The notes under the pieces: generated by a model | What the model saw: only the letters and a program-made list of their open reading frames with translations | Told to the model about the DNA's origin: nothing | The model's database searches: none | Assembly: GCA_021732585.1 (NCBI GenBank) | Contig: JAKFUR010000038.1 | Location: 1-52,253, forward strand | Length of the DNA: 52,253 bases | Direction of reading: 5' to 3' | From: Bacteriovoracaceae bacterium | GTDB taxonomy: Bacteria > Bdellovibrionota > Bacteriovoracia > Bacteriovoracales > Bacteriovoracaceae | Part shown: positions 46,957 through 52,253 of the stretch, piece by piece | How positions within the stretch are numbered: the first letter of the stretch is position 1 | Layout of the letters: each line of letters opens with the position of its first letter | Position numbers and translations under genes: made by a program

Positions 46957-48249
46957 ATGTTCGTGCTTTTGGCCGCAGCCACTGCTTTTGCTCAACCTGA
47001 CTGGAATGCCATTTCTCAGCAGCGAGCCGAGATTATTTCTCGTGGGCAAAACGATGAAAAACAGGCGCGGGAATTGGGGATGGCAGAGAAGTTTTTGGGG
47101 GTGGAGACTCTTGAAACATCCCTCGCCACTCTTGAGGCCCAGGGCCTCTCCACGGGGGCCTCGCGCGTGACCCCTTGGTCTGGGCACTTCTGGCCAAACT
47201 ATCAAGGCGGTGTCGCGGCTCGCTGGGCCGATCCGGCTTTCCCTCGTACCAACTGGGGAGCCGCTGAGAGCTACGTGAAAGATATGAGCTGGGATCGCAG
47301 CTATCGTGATCTGCTTTCTCCTGCAGAAAAATATGATCTTGTGACGGGCATGCTGCCTGATGAAGTGGGTTCACTCACGAAGCATCAGTGGAACCTAGGC
47401 CGCAACGAATACGTCACTACAGGCACGGTCGCGACTTGGCAGGGGATCTGTCACGGCTGGTCTCCGGCCAGTTTGTTCCTTCCCAATCCTGTGCGTCCGG
47501 TTTCAATCAGCAGTCCACAAGGGGAGATTCTCTTTTCCGTGGATGACATTAAAGCGCTGGGTGCTTTGTACTGGGCCAATGGCAACTACCGTACGGTGTA
47601 CGCGGGCTGGCGTTGCAATGAGAGTGAGCCGTCGACGGATGGTGATGGTCGGGTCCTCTCGCCAAAATGTTTTGATGTGAATCCGGCTGACTGGCACTTG
47701 GTGCTTTCTCACTTAGTGGGCGCTCGAGGAGAGTCGTTCATCATAGATGCTGAAAACGGCACGCAGGTTTGGAATAAGCCTGTCATCGATTTTCGCTTTG
47801 AGTTTTTTGATGTGGCCGATTACAACCGCAAATCTTCGCGCTTCAGAAATGTGATTCGTGAACGCTCGCGCTTAGGTCGTCTTCGTTATGCGAACTATCG
47901 CCCAGCAGAAACGGCCTATGTGGTCGGTGTACGCTCGATTGTAACTCTCGGAGATGGTCAACCGGCCGGCATTCATGCTCCTGATCGCAAAGTTCTCACT
48001 TATGTTTATGATCTCGAACTCGATGCGGATTTCCGTGTGCTCGGTGGAGAATGGCGCGAAGGCAAGCACCCCGACTTCTTGTGGCGTCCTGAAAACTCGA
48101 GTCGCCCTACATCGGACGGCGATCAAGTTGCGGTTGATGTTTCTCGCACCGGCACGACCATCTGGCGTCGGGCCGCTCAACGCAGCAACGTGAGGGGCGC
48201 TCCCCTGAAGGCGCTGATCGATCATCTCTACAGACAGTCTACTTATTAG
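46957..48249 (+). CDS. Secreted hypothetical protein with a possible Cys-nucleophile motif (GICHGWSPAS)
   Basis: GGAG RBS and ATG at 46957, with signal peptide MFVLLAAATAFAQ. The motif resembles transglutaminase-elicitor or papain-like active sites, but this is not verified. Confidence 0.4.
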   Translation: MFVLLAAATAFAQPDWNAISQQRAEIISRGQNDEKQARELGMAEKFLGVETLETSLATLEAQGLSTGASRVTPWSGHFWPNYQGGVAARWADPAFPRTNWGAAESYVKDMSWDRSYRDLLSPAEKYDLVTGMLPDEVGSLTKHQWNLGRNEYVTTGTVATWQGICHGWSPASLFLPNPVRPVSISSPQGEILFSVDDIKALGALYWANGNYRTVYAGWRCNESEPSTDGDGRVLSPKCFDVNPADWHLVLSHLVGARGESFIIDAENGTQVWNKPVIDFRFEFFDVADYNRKSSRFRNVIRERSRLGRLRYANYRPAETAYVVGVRSIVTLGDGQPAGIHAPDRKVLTYVYDLELDADFRVLGGEWREGKHPDFLWRPENSSRPTSDGDQVAVDVSRTGTTIWRRAAQRSNVRGAPLKALIDHLYRQSTY

Positions 48250-48649
48250 AATTTAGATAGGCTTCCCGCATGGACGCAGGAATTTCTATCGGTCGACCCG
48301 TCTTCATGTCGATGTAAACCCACAGCGTCTCTGCTGTCACCAAAACCTTCTCATCCTTGATTCGTCGAATCCGATAAGCGCGCTTGGAGCGAACCGCTTC
48401 CATGTCCTTGACCCACGTTTCCACTATCAGATCTTCATTCATGTACGCCGATGCGAGATATTCAATCTCATGGCGACGAACCACGAAGCAGGCACCGTCG
48501 CTCAAGAATTTTTCCAGGCCGTAGCCGAGCGAAACAGAGTGTGCGCTCGCGGCCTGTAGGAGCCAGCGCAGGTACACTTCGTTGTTCACGTGCTTGAGCG
48601 CGTCAATGTCACTGGCCTGTACTTTGAGAGGGTAAGAAAAGAACGTCAT
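48239..48649 (-). CDS. Hotdog-fold acyl-CoA thioesterase (4HBT/YbgC-like)
   Basis: ATG at 48649. N-terminal pattern YPLKVQASDIDALKHVNNEVYLRW is typical of the 4HBT family. Confidence 0.7.
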   Translation of the reverse strand: MTFFSYPLKVQASDIDALKHVNNEVYLRWLLQAASAHSVSLGYGLEKFLSDGACFVVRRHEIEYLASAYMNEDLIVETWVKDMEAVRSKRAYRIRRIKDEKVLVTAETLWVYIDMKTGRPIEIPASMREAYLNSNK

Positions 48650-48668
48650 AGTGCATACTCCTTGCGAG

Positions 48669-50534
48669 CTAAAAGAGAATGTCCCAGACATCATAAATGT
48701 TCCCTGTAAAAGGCCAATAGCTGTCTTCTCTCACCATGCGCTCTTCGCGCGTCCACCAGTACAAACTCGCCGATGGGTAGATGTAGCCGAACTGATAGCT
48801 GGTGGGGTTTGGCCACACATCCATCATGCCGAGATCGGCGTAGTTACGTAGATCGTTGCGCGACTCCAGAAGAAGCTTACTGGCCTGCTGGCGCAAGAGT
48901 TTGGAATTTTCCAAAGATTCGTTTCGTTTGTCATCATGGCGCATGGCCAAGCGGATCTGGATGGCCTGCTCAATACGCAGGCGTGTGATGAGCAGCAAGC
49001 GGATCAGGTCCGGTTCTTTGACCTGGGAGGTATCCGGCCACTCCATGGATGCGGCCGTGAGGAGTTTGATTTCTGCTTCACGGATTTTTTCATCGCCCGC
49101 CACTTCTTTGATGGTGTTGCGGTCGTGGATGCGATGAGTGGTGGAGAGTTCGTCTTGCAAATTTGCCGCAGAGATCATGGGGATCACGCCGGCGTCTTTA
49201 AAATGTTTTTTCTGATGGGCAAAGATTTTTTCCCAAGTCGCGCGATCTTCACCGATAAGAGTCAGCCCAATATAAGGATCAAATTTGAGCTCTTCATCGA
49301 TCAACAAGGCCTGGGTCCAGTCATAAAGCCAACCACCCAGCGCGTGGCCGGTGGAGAAGACCAGCTGACCGTCCATCTTGTTTTGCGCCAGCCACTGCAG
49401 GTCTTCAGCGCGAGTGCGCAGGTAGTCTGTGAGGAGGAGCGGAATGTCCGCGTCCATCGCCACCCAGTAACCCGTCTCGGGGTAATACCAAGAGGGGCGC
49501 TTCGGGGCTTCCGTTTCCATGAATTTCCGGATGCCGTGGAAATCTTTGTTGCCGTACATGGGAGCTTTCGGATCGAGCAGTCCGTAGAACATCACCGTGT
49601 GAGGGAGAACGCCGACACCGGGATTCGCAAAGGAAGGCAGGAAATTATAGTTGCCGTATTTTTTGTCATGCTGATTGCTCGACACGTGAACTTTGGTAAA
49701 CACTGCGCGGCCATGTTGGCGGGCAATCTCATCGGCGCGATTGAGCCACTTGATGGTGCGCTCAGGATCTGTAGCGGTGAATTCGCTGGTGCCGGCCTCA
49801 AGTACGATGAAGCTGGTGTCGATGGTTTTGAGCAGACGCACCAACTCTCGCTCGAGAGCCGCATCGGAGCCTATCCCGGTGATCGCCTGCCAGAGGCTCA
49901 ACAGCTTGTAGCTATTTTGCTGGTGAAGAGCGACGCCTAAGGAAACACCAGTGTGGACACCTAGATCACGTGCGAGTTGGTAGGGGTCTTTAAAGTTGGC
50001 GCGAAGTTTCTCTTGGGGGATCCGTAACAAACTCACATCGAGTAAGTTTTGTCCGTTGCGAGCACTCCAGCGCACGATGTCCAGAGCGACGTCCTGTCGA
50101 TCCATCAAGAATCCACGCACCCACTCGTTGGGGTGCAGGGTGTGCAAATGCAGACCGCGATGCTTGAGGGCCGGTTTCCAATTAAAGGTTTTCCCGCACT
50201 GAGTCTTGATGGCCGCTTCGGTAGGCGAAATCTGCCAGCGAGGATGGGGAAAGAGAAAACCAAGACCGCGTAAGCCGCGATAGAAAGTCGCCGATTTTTC
50301 AGCAGGCGTGGCAGTGATTTGCAAAGCCCATGGTTTTTTTTGGCAATTGAAGCGTGCCGTGTTGCTGGTGCCTTCTGCCCACGTGACACCTAGAAGGTCA
50401 GTGGGTAAGTGCGCTTCTTTGAGGATGAGAGCAAGATCACGGCGGACCACTTGTTCGTTGACGGCGAGGGGACGAAGTTGGGCGGGAGCTGCTGCTTGAG
50501 CCCCGAAACTTAAAAGGAGAGCTACAATAAACAA
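48669..50534 (-). CDS. Large secreted hypothetical protein (possibly glycoside-hydrolase-like)
   Basis: TTG start with a hydrophobic signal sequence. A KHRGLHLHTLHPNEW segment resembles TIM-barrel hexosaminidase-like proteins, but I cannot assign a family. Confidence 0.4.
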   Translation of the reverse strand: MFIVALLLSFGAQAAAPAQLRPLAVNEQVVRRDLALILKEAHLPTDLLGVTWAEGTSNTARFNCQKKPWALQITATPAEKSATFYRGLRGLGFLFPHPRWQISPTEAAIKTQCGKTFNWKPALKHRGLHLHTLHPNEWVRGFLMDRQDVALDIVRWSARNGQNLLDVSLLRIPQEKLRANFKDPYQLARDLGVHTGVSLGVALHQQNSYKLLSLWQAITGIGSDAALERELVRLLKTIDTSFIVLEAGTSEFTATDPERTIKWLNRADEIARQHGRAVFTKVHVSSNQHDKKYGNYNFLPSFANPGVGVLPHTVMFYGLLDPKAPMYGNKDFHGIRKFMETEAPKRPSWYYPETGYWVAMDADIPLLLTDYLRTRAEDLQWLAQNKMDGQLVFSTGHALGGWLYDWTQALLIDEELKFDPYIGLTLIGEDRATWEKIFAHQKKHFKDAGVIPMISAANLQDELSTTHRIHDRNTIKEVAGDEKIREAEIKLLTAASMEWPDTSQVKEPDLIRLLLITRLRIEQAIQIRLAMRHDDKRNESLENSKLLRQQASKLLLESRNDLRNYADLGMMDVWPNPTSYQFGYIYPSASLYWWTREERMVREDSYWPFTGNIYDVWDILF

Positions 50535-51172
50535 GGCGCACGCTCCGCTCGAAGTTGCATGAAGAGATCAAAGTATTTGTAGGCCGCTGGATCGTTGCCG
50601 CCGACTTTGTGGTCGGGTTTCAAGATGAGGCATTTCGTTTTAAGCAAAAGATCCCAGAGCCCAGGATTTTGATCGAGCTTGGCACGTAAAGCGCGGGTGA
50701 TGATGTCTAAGTGGAGAGCCGAGCCTGCCGCGTAATCTTTGTAATCAAAAAAGTGTGGTCCGTAAGAAACGTTTTTGAGTTTATATTTTTTGTAGATTTC
50801 ACCAGCAGCTGTTCCGGCATCTTTGGCGTCAAAACCATTCATCGCCATGACCTCGGCGCGGGTATGTGGCCATTCAGTGATAGCTAAACGCGGATCGTTT
50901 GGGTTTTGTGGGTCGGGATATTTCAGGGCCTGCCAGAGACCCTCGACCGAGGCGTAGGAAAGGCCATCGAGTTCAAAAGGGGTCGCGCCAAAATTGCTAA
51001 AAAATCCCAACTCGGTGCGTTTAGAGAGAATGACTTCACCTGGCAAGGCGTCTTGCGGGAGAATTTCCCAGCTCGCAGCGTCCTCACGGGGCACTGTTCG
51101 CCACCAGTCAGAGGGAAACTCTTGTGCGAAGGCCGAGAGTGAAATGAGGCAGCAGGTAATCCATATTTTCAT
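50522..51172 (-). CDS. NADAR (YbiA/DUF1768) domain protein with an N-terminal signal peptide
   Basis: Signal peptide MKIWITCCLISLSAFAQ, then the NADAR pattern GFFSNFGATPFELDGLSYASVEGLWQALKY. Confidence 0.65.
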   Translation of the reverse strand: MKIWITCCLISLSAFAQEFPSDWWRTVPREDAASWEILPQDALPGEVILSKRTELGFFSNFGATPFELDGLSYASVEGLWQALKYPDPQNPNDPRLAITEWPHTRAEVMAMNGFDAKDAGTAAGEIYKKYKLKNVSYGPHFFDYKDYAAGSALHLDIITRALRAKLDQNPGLWDLLLKTKCLILKPDHKVGGNDPAAYKYFDLFMQLRAERAPCLL

Positions 51173-51244
51173 ACCGCCACCGTAGCATAACCGTCAGTCA
51201 TCGTCGAATGGACGAAGAGTCTTTTTGGCCTTTAAAATAGGTTC

Positions 51245-52253
51245 ATGAAATTCAAATTGTTTACCGCTGTCATCTGTTCTCTTATGAGCATAAGTGCTTG
51301 GGCTGCCCGCTGCGACGTCTGGGAAGATGCCATGCGAATCCCGCACGTGCGCGTGGCCGACGAGGCCGGATTCACTTACTGCTTCGGCTATCTGCACGGC
51401 CGTGACCGCGCGTGGATGATGGATCATTTTCGCCGAACCGCCTTAGGAACGACGGCTGAGGTGCATGGTTTTTCTCATCTTAAAGGCGACATGATGATGC
51501 GTCTTTTGGGGATACCTGCGTGGGCGGATAAGCTGTGGGCACAACTTGCTCCTGCTGAGCGTGACATGCTGACGTCTTATGCCGCTGGCGTGAATCATGG
51601 TTTTCGGGTGGCTGGTCAGCATCCCACTAAAGAATTCGCGAATGGCTATCCCTTACCAGATGCATGGAAGCCGCAACACTCACTGATGGTTTTGTTACTG
51701 CAATCTTTTGATCAAACTCGCAAAACATTTTGGGTTGAGTATCAAGAATCGTTGGCGACAAAAAAGTGGAAAGAGAAAACAGCGCAGTTGTTTGATCCTG
51801 ATGGTGTGCCATGGGATACGACAGTTTTGAAGCCAGGTGAATATCCACTGAGCGAACGGGCGCGGACAACGTCTCATAAAGCAACGACAGTTTCTCCGGT
51901 CTGGGCCGCGTTTCCGACTCCATTTGGCGAAGAAAGTGGCTCGAATAATTGGGTGGTCGCTCCGTCGCGCAGTCGTCTGAATAAAGCGATTCTCGCCAAC
52001 GATCCGCATCTCGATTTAAAGACTCCTATGTTCTGGTATTGGATTCATGTGGAAGGGCCAACAACAGATGTGATCGGTGCTTCGCTACCAGGTGTGCCGT
52101 TGATTGTGAGTGGAACCAATCGTCGCGTGTCTTGGGGACTGACTAATGCGTATGTAAATACAGCGGATGCAGTTTTTCTTAACAAACAAGATGAAGCCGA
52201 GCTCGAAAGTTTTCGTCCACTTGTTTGGGTGAAGTGGGGATTCTTGAAGCTTC
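51245..52253 (+). CDS. Penicillin/AHL acylase family (Ntn hydrolase, S45), 3'-truncated by the window edge
   Basis: This ORF is absent from the track because it runs off the window. ATG at 51245 and signal peptide MKFKLFTAVICSLMSISAWA. Motifs GYLHGRDRAWMMD, the nucleophile context GSNNWVV, and NDPHL. Confidence 0.8.
   Translation, partial: MKFKLFTAVICSLMSISAWAARCDVWEDAMRIPHVRVADEAGFTYCFGYLHGRDRAWMMDHFRRTALGTTAEVHGFSHLKGDMMMRLLGIPAWADKLWAQLAPAERDMLTSYAAGVNHGFRVAGQHPTKEFANGYPLPDAWKPQHSLMVLLLQSFDQTRKTFWVEYQESLATKKWKEKTAQLFDPDGVPWDTTVLKPGEYPLSERARTTSHKATTVSPVWAAFPTPFGEESGSNNWVVAPSRSRLNKAILANDPHLDLKTPMFWYWIHVEGPTTDVIGASLPGVPLIVSGTNRRVSWGLTNAYVNTADAVFLNKQDEAELESFRPLVWVKWGFLKL

Noticed and set aside
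48936-49940. A long (334-aa) plus-strand ORF.
   Set aside because: It lies entirely antisense to the 621-aa secreted-protein gene (48669..50534). Its translation is low-complexity and Arg/Gly/His-rich, with no motifs. It is most likely a shadow ORF.
51194-51427. A 77-aa minus-strand ORF.
   Set aside because: It overlaps the 5' end of the well-supported plus-strand acylase gene, and its sequence has no features.

Overview
This is a 52.3-kb, very gene-dense chromosomal segment with about 57 protein-coding genes. I recognised no rRNA, tRNA, CRISPR array, transposase, integrase or known defence gene. The many lipoproteins and secreted hydrolases, plus an AHL/penicillin-acylase-like gene, would fit a Bdellovibrio-like predatory bacterium, but that is inference only.

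Content from left to right:
- An arsenosugar-type cluster: arsS, an AhpD-like protein, a membrane gene split by an in-frame TAG, arsM and a TIGR04283-like transferase.
- A class III cyclase and a histidine kinase / OmpR-type regulator pair.
- A DsbA-like protein, a serine protease and several orphan secreted proteins.
- A PQQ sugar dehydrogenase and a LysR regulator.
- A tightly coupled 10-gene minus-strand operon (16788-24908).
- A YHS / DedA / ATP-grasp / MarR / DoxX block and an MscS channel.
- xdhABC plus an adenosine/adenine deaminase.
- phzF-like and fabR genes, a divergent hemolysin-III/PAQR gene, and an Fe(III)-type ABC importer.
- copZ / copA / cueR and a CPA2 antiporter.
- A terminal block of secreted hydrolase-like proteins, including a signal-peptide NADAR protein.

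The best candidate for an undescribed system is the 10-gene operon. It combines cysteine dioxygenase, a PLP decarboxylase, YceI-like, OM barrel, UbiA, secreted, alpha/beta-hydrolase, OlsB-like, OlsA-like and arginase-family genes. A 19-nt palindromic operator occurs once at its promoter and again (18/19 identical) at the nearby marR/ATP-grasp promoter. Together these suggest one regulon making a modified aminolipid, possibly an ornithine lipid carrying taurine or hypotaurine. All functional calls come from reading motifs by eye; no database search was run.
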